Made by a program: the position numbers and the translations under genes
Notes under the pieces: model-generated
Database searches by the model: none
Seen by the model: the letters and a program-made list of their open reading frames with translations, nothing else
What the model was told of the DNA's origin: nothing
Assembly (NCBI GenBank): GCA_964457935.1
Contig: CAYWFC010000001.1
Span: 1 to 45,819 of the forward strand
DNA: 45,819 nt
Reading direction: 5' to 3'
From: an uncultured Lachnospiraceae bacterium
GTDB taxonomy: Bacteria; Bacillota; Clostridia; Christensenellales; UBA1242
In this document: positions 16,335 to 25,605 of the stretch, piece after piece
Position numbering within the stretch: position 1 is the stretch's first letter
How the letters are laid out: every line of letters begins with the position of its first letter

Positions 16335-16519
16335 TACGCTTGCATACAAAATAAATTTCTGATATATTTTAGTCATAAATGATATGCTTGCATACATCTT
16401 GTTTGCGGACAACACGACCGCTGTGGCGTACGTGCGAGACGGACTAAAAAACAAGAAACATAGCGTGACCATACGCGTATTGTCTGGGACATTGTGTCTA
16501 GATTCATTCATTATTAGAT

Positions 16520-16547
16520 AAATCTGTGCTTCGGCGCAGATTTTTTG
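16520..16547 (+). terminator. Rho-independent terminator
   Basis: ATCTGTGC-ttcg-GCGCAGAT followed by TTTTTT. It lies about 190 nt after the ATPase stop. Confidence 0.75.
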
Positions 16548-16620
16548 TCGTGGAGTATTGACCTCGGTACATAAAATATGTTAATATAACACATATATAA
16601 TATATATTAAGATATATAAG

Positions 16621-16785
16621 GAGCAAAATATACATTTTTCTGCTATAATATATAAAGCCAAAGATATATTAGTGCTATGATATAGAGCCAAAGATACATT
16701 TTTCGCTATAAAATATAGAATGAAATATACATTTTTCGCTATAATATAGAACAAAAGACACATTTTTCGCCAAAATGTGCGCAAC
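16621..16785. repeat. ~33-bp tandem array (5 diverged units), each carrying a -10-like box
   Basis: The motif AAATATACATTTTTC(T/G)GCTATAATATA recurs five times. It contains TGCTATAAT / TGCTATGAT / CGCTATAAA / CGCTATAAT variants. The array lies directly upstream of the real promoter. Confidence 0.7.
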
Positions 16786-16788
16786 CCC

Positions 16789-16815
16789 TTGACAAAAATG
16801 CGGGGGGGGTATAAT
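16789..16815 (+). promoter_or_regulatory. Promoter of the ABC/giant-surface-protein operon with a G8 tract in the spacer
   Basis: TTGACA is at 16789-16794 and TATAAT at 16810-16815. The spacer is only 15 nt (AAAATGC + G8 at 16802-16809). AAAGGAG and ATG 16853 follow. Confidence 0.65.
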
Positions 16816-16852
16816 CAACATAATTACTTTTGGATAGAAAAAAGGAGAATAT

Positions 16853-17581
16853 ATGTTAGAAGTCATCAATTTCTCAAAAAAATATAAAGGAGCGCAGAAA
16901 TACTCTGCTAAGAATATCAGTTTCAAGGTAGCCGACGGCGAAGTATTGGGCTTAGTCGGGGGCAACGGTGCTGGCAAATCGACTACTATCAAGAGCATAG
17001 TGGGGATATTGCCGTTCGACGAAGGGCGCATCATAGTGAATGGTCACGACATGGCGCGCTCGCCAGCCAGCGCGAAGCAGACTGTAGGATACGCGCCGGA
17101 CGACCACGCTGTGTATGACAAACTGACCGGCAGGGAGTACGTAAACTACATAGGCAGTCTATACAGTGTGCCAAAAGAGCTCAAAAAGGAGCGTCTGGAC
17201 TACTATGCGGATTTATTCAAGATAAACAACGACCTAGACAATCAGATATCTAGTTATTCGCATGGTATGAAGCAGAAGATATGCCTGATAGGCTCGCTCA
17301 TACACGAGCCGAAACTATGGGTGCTAGACGAGCCAATGATGGGACTCGACCCCACCACCACGAACGAAGTGAAAAAGTGCATCAGAGACTACGCCAGCCG
17401 TGGCAACACAGTGCTATTTTCGTCGCACAATCTCGACATAGTGGAAGAAGTCTGCGACACTGTAGGTATCATAAAGAAAGGGCATTTGGTAGAGTTTCTT
17501 AACCTAAAAGACGCGCAAAGAGATGCCAAATTTGACCTAGAGAAATTATTCTTAGAGATAAACGAGGAAGACGCGAAATGA
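16853..17581 (+). CDS. ABC transporter ATP-binding protein
   Basis: Motifs are Walker A GGNGAGKST, signature YSHGMKQK, Walker B LWVLDEP and an H-loop SSHN. Length is 242 aa. Confidence 0.92.
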   Translation: MLEVINFSKKYKGAQKYSAKNISFKVADGEVLGLVGGNGAGKSTTIKSIVGILPFDEGRIIVNGHDMARSPASAKQTVGYAPDDHAVYDKLTGREYVNYIGSLYSVPKELKKERLDYYADLFKINNDLDNQISSYSHGMKQKICLIGSLIHEPKLWVLDEPMMGLDPTTTNEVKKCIRDYASRGNTVLFSSHNLDIVEEVCDTVGIIKKGHLVEFLNLKDAQRDAKFDLEKLFLEINEEDAK

Positions 17582-19179
17582 AAATCTTGACTTATGTGGG
17601 ATTGCATTTCAAACTATCGTTTAGACGCGATTCCAGTGCGGACAAAAAGGGCAATATATTGTCATTCATCACCACCGTACTCACCTTGGGAGTGGTGCTA
17701 CTGATAGCGAAGTATCTCTTCGACATCATACACACGCATATATCTGCTGACATCTCAGCACAGCAATTCTCTACCTTGCTATTCACTATCATCGAGGTGA
17801 TGCTGGTGGTGATGGGTGTGTCGCTGGAGATCAAATTTTTCCTAAAGCCCAGCGACCTAAACATCACAGCGAGATTTCCGATGAGTACTGTGAGTGTATT
17901 CGTGGCGCAATTAATAGTGGTATACATATATATGCTGGGCGTAGCATTGCTGAGCACTGTGCCTACTATGCTGGTATTCGGCTGGTCGTGGGGAGCGCTG
18001 TCGGCGGGCTTCGTGGCTAGGCTGGCACTGGCAGTGGTATTCGCACCGCTCGTGCCGTTCGCAGTGGCGACTGTGCTAGTAGTGCCTACTCTGTACATAC
18101 TCACTTTGCTCGAAAATCACAATATCATCAAACTCATCATATTCATACTGCTACTGACTGTGGCGTTCGTGGCGTATAATTATATATTGAATTTCCTAGC
18201 GGAATACTACATACACAACACTCTAAACGTGGACACCAAGGTGTACGTGACTAGATTCATAGTGGCGCTAAACACTAAATGGAACGCTGTCATGTGGCTA
18301 AACAATATATTTTACTGCACCAGCCTAGTGAAGAGTATAGCACTACTAGTGGCTTTGACTGTAGTCATAGGTGGCATAGGGCTACTGATAGCGCGACCTG
18401 TGTACACTCGCGTCAGGCGCAATGTGCTCGAGGGCAATGTGGGCATTTTCTCCAAAAAGAGCGCCCTGACGTCTGACAAGCCTACTATGGCGATATTCAA
18501 GAAAGAGTGCAAGGACATCATCCGCACTCAGACATATGCGTACTTTTATCTAGGCATATCCATCATCACCCCTGTCATGGTGTTTTTGACCAGCAAACTG
18601 GTGAAGAAAGTCGGTCAGGCGCAGATGGGTGGGGACATCGCCTTTGGGGTGTCTATACTAGTAGTGTTCGTATTTATGATACTGATAAACTCATTCTCAG
18701 CCAGCGCAGTCAGCCGAGAAGGCAAGCAGTTTTACATCACCAAGATAATACCAGTGGACTACAGAGTGCAATTACTCGCCAAAGGGGTGCTAAATCTCTT
18801 CGTGGCGCTAGGCGCACTGCTCATCAGTGTGATCATACTATGTAGTATGCGCTTCGTCACCATTACCCAAGGTGCTATCATACTAGCACTGTCGCTAGCA
18901 TTCGCTGTGGGCGTGATACTGAATGGGCTCAATCTCAATGTGCGACATCCTTACGTCAAGGCGGGCGCCAATGCAGACAATCAGACCAATTCGACCATAT
19001 TGATAGTCATCGGCTTGGTCATATGCGCGCTAGAAGGGGTCATCGCTATAGTATTCCCGTTCTTTTTCACACAGACTTATCTATACCTGACGCTGGGAGT
19101 GATCACTGCAGTATATATGGCTGTCAATGTGCTGATATTCGCGCTGACCGCTCACAAAAAATACGCAAAGATAGAATAG
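17578..19179 (+). CDS. Polytopic ABC-exporter-type permease (533 aa)
   Basis: An ATGA start/stop overlap couples it to the ATPase gene. About 12 hydrophobic segments are predicted. I recall no soluble-domain motifs. Confidence 0.85.
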   Translation: MKILTYVGLHFKLSFRRDSSADKKGNILSFITTVLTLGVVLLIAKYLFDIIHTHISADISAQQFSTLLFTIIEVMLVVMGVSLEIKFFLKPSDLNITARFPMSTVSVFVAQLIVVYIYMLGVALLSTVPTMLVFGWSWGALSAGFVARLALAVVFAPLVPFAVATVLVVPTLYILTLLENHNIIKLIIFILLLTVAFVAYNYILNFLAEYYIHNTLNVDTKVYVTRFIVALNTKWNAVMWLNNIFYCTSLVKSIALLVALTVVIGGIGLLIARPVYTRVRRNVLEGNVGIFSKKSALTSDKPTMAIFKKECKDIIRTQTYAYFYLGISIITPVMVFLTSKLVKKVGQAQMGGDIAFGVSILVVFVFMILINSFSASAVSREGKQFYITKIIPVDYRVQLLAKGVLNLFVALGALLISVIILCSMRFVTITQGAIILALSLAFAVGVILNGLNLNVRHPYVKAGANADNQTNSTILIVIGLVICALEGVIAIVFPFFFTQTYLYLTLGVITAVYMAVNVLIFALTAHKKYAKIE

Positions 19180-19189
19180 GAGGCATACA

Positions 19190-22100
19190 ATGAAGAAAAC
19201 AATGATATTCGCTATCATACTTATGCCGTTGATAGTGTTAGCAATGCTGTTTGTCGGTGGGACTATAGTGTATAGGTCCACATATTTGTATGTCGAATAC
19301 ATAGAATTCGTGACCAACGAAATAGTGCTAGACAAGTCCACCTCTGACGACGTGACTGCTAATCTACAAGTCAATGTGTACCCCAAACTAGCCAACAACA
19401 AATCGGTAGAATTTCGCAGTGCGAATGAGTCAGTGGCTGTGGTGGACAGCCAAGGCAGGGTGACCAGTGTAGACTTTGGCACGACGTACATATATGCTAC
19501 CAGCAAAGAAAATTCTACCAAGACCGCCACGTGCAAGGTCACTGTCACTAGCGACAGAGTGCACAGAGTGTGGGTGGACAATGAAGTGGGCCTGATGTAC
19601 AAGGACGACAGAGTGCAGTTGAGCACGCAGTATGCACCATTTGAGGCGCAGAATGCTAGTTTCGTATATACTTCGTCCAATCCTAGCGTGCTGTCTGTGT
19701 CGGCAGGTGGAGAATTGCGCGCCAAAGGGCGTGGCACAGCCACTATCACCGTCGCTGTGGAAAACGACAGTACTGTGAAGTATCAGTTTGACGTAGAAGT
19801 CAAACTACACATAGAAGACATCAGCACAGACACTACACCAGTGGTGTCTAGCAAGAAAACATTTAATTTCCCGAGCATTACTTTCGTGCCGGCAGGGGCG
19901 GATGAGCGCATCACTTATACGTGCGACCGACCTGACATCGCGACAGTGAATGACGCTGGCCAGATAGTATTTAGTCGCGCAGGGACTGTGGTCATCAGCG
20001 CGCAGGCTGAGGGATTTGACAAAATATTGACCAAGACATACACTTCGACATTCGGATATGTCAGCAGTGTGTCTTTTAGTACGAAAAACGCGCACACCTT
20101 CGACTACGAGGACTACCTGACTGGGTATTTGCCACTAGAGTGGAGTTATGCACCTAGCGACGCGGACAGGAGCAGTATATCTGTGTCATCGAGCGACGAG
20201 GCGGTGCTGACTGTCGAGGACGGCAAGGTCAAAGTAGTAGGTGGCGGGTCGGCTATAGTCACTCTGACTGCTGACTCTGGCAAGGGCACGCTGACGGCGG
20301 AGTGGTTCGTAGATATCCGCAGAAAAGCGCAGAGCGTGGCGTTCGGTGTGGCGGATTTTGGCTACACATCACTCAGGACGGTGGATTTGGGTGTGGTATA
20401 CGCGCCTAGTGACGCGACAGAGACTGTGAAGTACTCTGTGTCTGACAGCACAGTAGCCAGCGTATCTGAAGGGGTGCTGACATTCACTATCAAGACATTA
20501 AACAACAAATACGGCAAAGTCAAAGTCACTGCCTACACTGACAGTGGGGTGTCCAACACTATCACTATGGTGTACATAGACGCCAGCATACCTAGAGTGA
20601 CGCTGGGAGACGCGACTACACTAGAGTATACTTTGCCTGCGAGCAATAGACCAGCGTACAGTTTCGCTATCATAGCGGACAGCGATGTGGACTTTGCCAT
20701 AGAGGACGGCGCTAGTGTGACGCTAAATGGTGCCATAGTGACCTTGGCAGACAAGGGCACGACCCGACTGGGAGTATATCTAGACGGCGCTAGCACCACT
20801 GACAGATATCTGGACATAAATGTACGCAGAAATGTAGAGAAGATAAACAACATATCTCTGTCTGCCATTGTGGACGACGAGATAGTGCACACATATAGCC
20901 AAAATGACGAGATTTATTCGGCGAGCGACACTTATCGCATAGGGTATACGCTATATCCAGCGCATACTACTCGCACCACTGCTGACATTAGTCTAGGCGA
21001 CACCGATGTGGCTGTACTAGACGGAGATGTAGTGCGTTTCTCGCGTGCTGGAGTGGTCACAGTGCATTTGTCCGCTGACGGTGTGACTGAGACTGTGCGC
21101 ATAGAGAGTACTGGCGGACATCCTGACAGTCAGACTGCTGTCACTAGTCATGTGGCTGTGCGCGCGGGAGAGAGTTTTAGCATTTGGGACGAGATAAATA
21201 TCTCTCCGCTATACGCGAAGCGCGAATACATCACTTACACGCACACTGGTGACGCAGTGTCTATCTCAGACGGGGTAGTGACTGGCGAATGCGGTGGCAA
21301 TGCAGTCATCACTGTATCTATCGCGACCAGTGCTAGCGTACTCACTCAGACTATGACAGTAGCAGTGAGCGAGAGTGCTACTGACGTGCAGGTGGTAGGA
21401 GAGCAATACATATATACAGAAGAGGCTATAGTAGATTTGGCAGGGAAATTCGCTGTACTGCCTGCTACTGCCAATGTGGACAATATTTACACGCTCAGCA
21501 CGAGCGACACCAGCATAGCGCGCATATCTGGAGAAAAGTTAGAGTTTGTCTCCAGCGGACGCGTAATAGTGAGTGCTACGCTAGGCGATGTCGCAGTGGC
21601 GCGCATTACGGTAGAATATACTGGTGACAAAGCGGTGGATGAACCTAAGGTTAGCGATATTATTTTCTCTGCTACAGCGCCGAGTGATGATTACATCACA
21701 GCGCAAGAGCGCATATCTATAACGCAAATGTATGGTCCTACAGTAGTCCTGACATCAGAAGAGACGGAAGGAGAGACTTTTGCTATAGAATATAGCGTAC
21801 AGTCAGACATAGCGCACATTGACGACGGCGTGCTGGTATTCACTGCACCGGGTGTGGTGACTATCACATTTAGCGCTGGCAGTGTGACCAAGACTAAGAC
21901 GCTAGAGAGCACATATGGCTACATCAAGACTTTGACCATTCGCGAACAGTATGTCGGCGACATAGTGTGCCAATACTCTGACGGCGAGTACACCATGCCT
22001 AGTGATTATTTCATCGCCGTACCTAGTGATTATTACAAGGCTGGCGTGACGTATACTTCTAGTGACAACGCTGTATTCACTGTAGCAGGCGACACGCTGA

Positions 22101-25100
22101 CATTCGTGGGCGGTGGCAGTGCTACACTCGGGCTAGAGTATGTATCCACGACAGGCGAGCAGGTCATCCCTGTGGGAGTGCACATTTTGCACCGCGCCAA
22201 AGGTATCAATGTATATGAAGGCGACATTTTGACCGGATATGTGGTGGAAAATCTATCTGCCGGTAGCACATTGGCACTGAGATATGAGTGCGTGCCTACC
22301 ATAGACGGAGTGGCGCTGTCTGGGTACAGTATGACTTTCGCCACAGACAATGCCAGCGTAGCCACAGTGGCCAGCGACGGCGTCATCACTATCCGAGGCA
22401 ACGGCACAGCCGTCATCACTGTGACTGTGACCAACGATTACGACAGCGCGGTAGACGCGACTGCCAGCGTGACTATACGCAATGACACGAGATACAATAT
22501 CCTCACTGTGTCTGCAGGGTCGACAGGGACAGACTACGTCATAGACATAGCAGACGGCAGAGTGCCTATAGTGTACCCAATATTCAACGCAATGGTGTCT
22601 GAGTTTGGCATCACAGGCAATGGAGACAGTGTGGGAGTGGCAAACGACGGCGTGCTCACAGTGAATGCAGGTGGCACTACCACTGTGGCAGTGACTGCGG
22701 ACGAGGCCACTACTTTGACTGTGTATGTATACAAAGAGGCAAATATCACCTTACCTACAGCGCTAGCCAATGCAAGTGCGAACGGCACTACCATAGTGAC
22801 GGCGCAGACGGCGTACAGCATAGGTGCGACATTCGGGCCTAGCGATGCTTTGGATAGGAAAACAGTCGTCTACGAGAGTAGTGATGATAGTATAGCGACT
22901 GTGGCTGACGGTGTGATAACATTCACCAAGGCGCAAGCAGTAGAAATCACTGTACGCATAATGTACAACGGCACTAGCGAGACGTATCAGAAATTCAAGA
23001 TACGTAGCACACTCGGCAAGGCAGAGAGTTTCGAGATAGACTACACCGCGTGGGAGATGCTGGTGGGCGAGACTAAGACATTCTATATCAGCAATGTCCT
23101 GCCTATCGACTTTAGCGGTACATTGACCGCGACCACCACCAATGCTGACGCGCACACGCTGACTATCAGCGGTAGGACGCTCACTGTGGCAGGCACGAAG
23201 GGTGGCTCTGGCGTCGTCACTGTGAAATTCATCGGCAGTGACACCCACATAGATATATCTGTGGATGTGGTGCAACTGACTGAGAGCATTGGCTTTAGAT
23301 ACAACGACACTGCTGTCACCAGCGTGACTACATTCTCCAATACTGTCACATTGACAGCGAGTGTATCGCCTACTGACGCGACGGACAAAGGAGTGACTTG
23401 GTCTGTCGTGAACGGTCCAGCCAGCGTGTCCAATGGCACAGTGGTGTTCTCAGACTACGGCACAGCGACAGTGTGCGCGAGAGCGTGCGATTACGACCGT
23501 AGCGGTACAGAGAGCACTATAGTCATCAAATATATCAAAGACATAGACGGCTTCGACCTGATATACAATACCCACACTCTCGACAACGAGCAGACGGTGT
23601 ATGTGGAGTGGAGTGTGAAGAAAGTCGAGCTGAGCATAGCCATACAGCCTAGCGATTTGGCAGGCAGTGTGTATTATGAGTACTTCACCGCCACTGCCAC
23701 CGATGGCGCGACGGCAATCATAGACACTGACGACGGATACATCAATGTCAAGATACCTGCTGACGCCTCTGCTACATTTAGCACTACTGTGACAGTGAAT
23801 TATAGAGGCAAATATGTCAAGACTGTGACTATTTTCCGCGACGGCATCAGTAGTGTGGAATTCATCGACCACGACGACACTCTGGACCTAGAGTGCGGAC
23901 TACAGCGCGTGCGCGTGACTGGCAATAAGTCGTATTACGACGGCGCAGTGCAGAATTATTATCGTATGCCTGTGGCTGTCAGCCCAGCGAGCGCTGATAC
24001 CAGCAATATAGTGTGGACAGTGAGCAATGGCAATGTCACTTATGACCAGACTCTAGTCACTATAGACGGTGTGACTTATGTATATCTGTACTTCAATGCT
24101 ATCACTGGCAGTAGTGTGGCTGAAGTGTACGCTGACAATTTCTCTGCTGGCACTGTAGTGGTGTCTGCCATGAATAAACTGGGCAGGACACTGGATACAT
24201 ATACATTCCACATCGTGAATGCAGTCAATGTCTGGGACGAGGCAGGATTTATAAACGGTGGCAACTACGTGGTACTCCAAAAGAGCCTCGGCCACGACGA
24301 CCAGGCAGAGCAGATAGCACTAGGCACATACGCACGACTGGATAGTTATTCCGCCAAGAACACTATCTACGGCAACGGACATCTGATAAATTACGCTGCT
24401 AGAAACAACGACTCATCTGCTATCAAATCGGGCGGTGTGGGCTCTAGCAAGTGGGCTTACATATACGTCAGCCTGACCAATGCTATCAATCTAGAGATAC
24501 AGGGTGGCAACTACGACGAGAGCAGAGATAGTTATTTAGTCGAGATACCTGACCCGCAGAGAATAGCGTATTGCACTCTATACAATATGTATAGAGCAGT
24601 AGAGGCTGGTGGCGGTACTACTGCTAGCCCTACTACTATCAATATCAAAAACTCTATGTTTAGGACTTTTGCACACTCTACTATCAATCTGTCCAATGAA
24701 GGATGCAGAGTGGTCAACCTGACCAATGTCATAATGTTTGACGTCGGTCAGCGCGCCATAGAGAGCCAATCGGCGGATGACGTGATCAATATATCTGGCG
24801 TCTTCGATGTGTATAATTTCCAAAACACAGATTCGTTCTCAAAAGCACTGGGCGGATATGAGTCCTACGCAGAGAAGATAATCGAAGAAGCAAATAATAA
24901 CGATATGGGCGTCACAGCACTAGGCGAGACTTGGGCGAATGTGGTCATCATAGCGACCAAACAAACAGACGTCGACTCTGCTAAGACCAAAGTGTATTAC
25001 GACGGCGTGGAGAATGGCGTGCCTGGCGTGACGAAACTAACTGTGGTGGCAAAAATTGGCTTTGGATTGACTTCTCTCACCAAGAAAGAATACGCCATCT

Positions 25101-25234
25101 GGGCGACTAAAAAAGACAATACTGACATCACTTGGGCGCACGAGTTCGTCGAAGATTCATCCACTTCGGCAGGCTACCGCCTCAATGAGACCTATATGAT
25201 CAGTACCATATCTAAACTAAAAAGAGCGGTGTAA
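19190..25234 (+). CDS. Giant cell-surface protein (2014 aa) with an N-terminal TM anchor, about 15 or more bacterial Ig-like (Big_2-type) repeats and a C-terminal beta-helix-like domain
   Basis: The SD is AGGAGG. The TM anchor is MKKTMIFAIILMPLIVLAMLFVGG. Big_2 signatures recur (S.N.SVA.VD..G.VTa...GTATITa), for example SSNPSVLSVSAGGELRAKGRGTATITVAV. The last ~500 aa (..TIYGNGHLINYAARNN.., INIKNSMF, VVNLTNVIMF) look like a right-handed beta-helix. Confidence 0.9.
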   Translation: MKKTMIFAIILMPLIVLAMLFVGGTIVYRSTYLYVEYIEFVTNEIVLDKSTSDDVTANLQVNVYPKLANNKSVEFRSANESVAVVDSQGRVTSVDFGTTYIYATSKENSTKTATCKVTVTSDRVHRVWVDNEVGLMYKDDRVQLSTQYAPFEAQNASFVYTSSNPSVLSVSAGGELRAKGRGTATITVAVENDSTVKYQFDVEVKLHIEDISTDTTPVVSSKKTFNFPSITFVPAGADERITYTCDRPDIATVNDAGQIVFSRAGTVVISAQAEGFDKILTKTYTSTFGYVSSVSFSTKNAHTFDYEDYLTGYLPLEWSYAPSDADRSSISVSSSDEAVLTVEDGKVKVVGGGSAIVTLTADSGKGTLTAEWFVDIRRKAQSVAFGVADFGYTSLRTVDLGVVYAPSDATETVKYSVSDSTVASVSEGVLTFTIKTLNNKYGKVKVTAYTDSGVSNTITMVYIDASIPRVTLGDATTLEYTLPASNRPAYSFAIIADSDVDFAIEDGASVTLNGAIVTLADKGTTRLGVYLDGASTTDRYLDINVRRNVEKINNISLSAIVDDEIVHTYSQNDEIYSASDTYRIGYTLYPAHTTRTTADISLGDTDVAVLDGDVVRFSRAGVVTVHLSADGVTETVRIESTGGHPDSQTAVTSHVAVRAGESFSIWDEINISPLYAKREYITYTHTGDAVSISDGVVTGECGGNAVITVSIATSASVLTQTMTVAVSESATDVQVVGEQYIYTEEAIVDLAGKFAVLPATANVDNIYTLSTSDTSIARISGEKLEFVSSGRVIVSATLGDVAVARITVEYTGDKAVDEPKVSDIIFSATAPSDDYITAQERISITQMYGPTVVLTSEETEGETFAIEYSVQSDIAHIDDGVLVFTAPGVVTITFSAGSVTKTKTLESTYGYIKTLTIREQYVGDIVCQYSDGEYTMPSDYFIAVPSDYYKAGVTYTSSDNAVFTVAGDTLTFVGGGSATLGLEYVSTTGEQVIPVGVHILHRAKGINVYEGDILTGYVVENLSAGSTLALRYECVPTIDGVALSGYSMTFATDNASVATVASDGVITIRGNGTAVITVTVTNDYDSAVDATASVTIRNDTRYNILTVSAGSTGTDYVIDIADGRVPIVYPIFNAMVSEFGITGNGDSVGVANDGVLTVNAGGTTTVAVTADEATTLTVYVYKEANITLPTALANASANGTTIVTAQTAYSIGATFGPSDALDRKTVVYESSDDSIATVADGVITFTKAQAVEITVRIMYNGTSETYQKFKIRSTLGKAESFEIDYTAWEMLVGETKTFYISNVLPIDFSGTLTATTTNADAHTLTISGRTLTVAGTKGGSGVVTVKFIGSDTHIDISVDVVQLTESIGFRYNDTAVTSVTTFSNTVTLTASVSPTDATDKGVTWSVVNGPASVSNGTVVFSDYGTATVCARACDYDRSGTESTIVIKYIKDIDGFDLIYNTHTLDNEQTVYVEWSVKKVELSIAIQPSDLAGSVYYEYFTATATDGATAIIDTDDGYINVKIPADASATFSTTVTVNYRGKYVKTVTIFRDGISSVEFIDHDDTLDLECGLQRVRVTGNKSYYDGAVQNYYRMPVAVSPASADTSNIVWTVSNGNVTYDQTLVTIDGVTYVYLYFNAITGSSVAEVYADNFSAGTVVVSAMNKLGRTLDTYTFHIVNAVNVWDEAGFINGGNYVVLQKSLGHDDQAEQIALGTYARLDSYSAKNTIYGNGHLINYAARNNDSSAIKSGGVGSSKWAYIYVSLTNAINLEIQGGNYDESRDSYLVEIPDPQRIAYCTLYNMYRAVEAGGGTTASPTTINIKNSMFRTFAHSTINLSNEGCRVVNLTNVIMFDVGQRAIESQSADDVINISGVFDVYNFQNTDSFSKALGGYESYAEKIIEEANNNDMGVTALGETWANVVIIATKQTDVDSAKTKVYYDGVENGVPGVTKLTVVAKIGFGLTSLTKKEYAIWATKKDNTDITWAHEFVEDSSTSAGYRLNETYMISTISKLKRAV

Positions 25235-25274
25235 TAGAATAACTCCCTTAGCACCACCAAATAATAAAATATAT

Positions 25275-25319
25275 AAACAACCCCCATTTCGCATCGCAAA
25301 GTGGGGGTTGTTTTGTTTA
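25275..25319 (+). terminator. Rho-independent terminator hairpin; left copy of a 45-bp direct repeat
   Basis: AAACAACCCCCAtttcgcatcgcaaagTGGGGGTTGTTTTGTTTA has a 10-bp stem ACAACCCCCA/TGGGGGTTGT and a T-rich tail. It is 44/45 identical to 27662-27706. Confidence 0.8.
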
Positions 25320-25605
25320 GATACTATTTTTTATCACACCCTAGCAACGGACATTGAATTATTGCAAAATACAACTTTTTCAAATTTAATTATAAAAACA
25401 CAAATGAATGGCAGTGAATATTGACATTGTAACAAATTATATGTTATAGTCTAGTCAATGAGCAAATAACCAAATTGGCTTGCTATAATTATTAAATAAA
25501 AATCAACTATAATCTAACCTTTTATGTTAAGGTTGGTCAGTTATGTAAGTTAATCGCAATTATAGGTGATTAGCTTTTTTGTTGTAAAAAAATCAAGGAG
25601 GAAAA

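Noticed and set aside
13733-16511. Many long ORFs antisense to or frame-shifted within the P-type ATPase gene (e.g. 13733-14374, 14324-15037, 14375-15010, 15452-16009, 15819-16511)
   Set aside because: The ATPase frame carries all the canonical P-type motifs. The alternative frames give Arg/Ser/His-rich low-complexity products typical of shadow ORFs. The same applies to shadow ORFs inside typA, leuS, dnaN, yaaT (40078-41032), the mutase gene and the 6-kb surface-protein gene.
25500-25600. Possible riboswitch or attenuator in the long 5' region of the cassette (hairpin AACCTT..AAGGTT at ~25517-25537; TAATC..GATTA + T-run at ~25552-25580)
   Set aside because: The stems are short and AT-rich, and I recognise no known riboswitch core. 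Transcript mapping or covariation data would be needed to support it.
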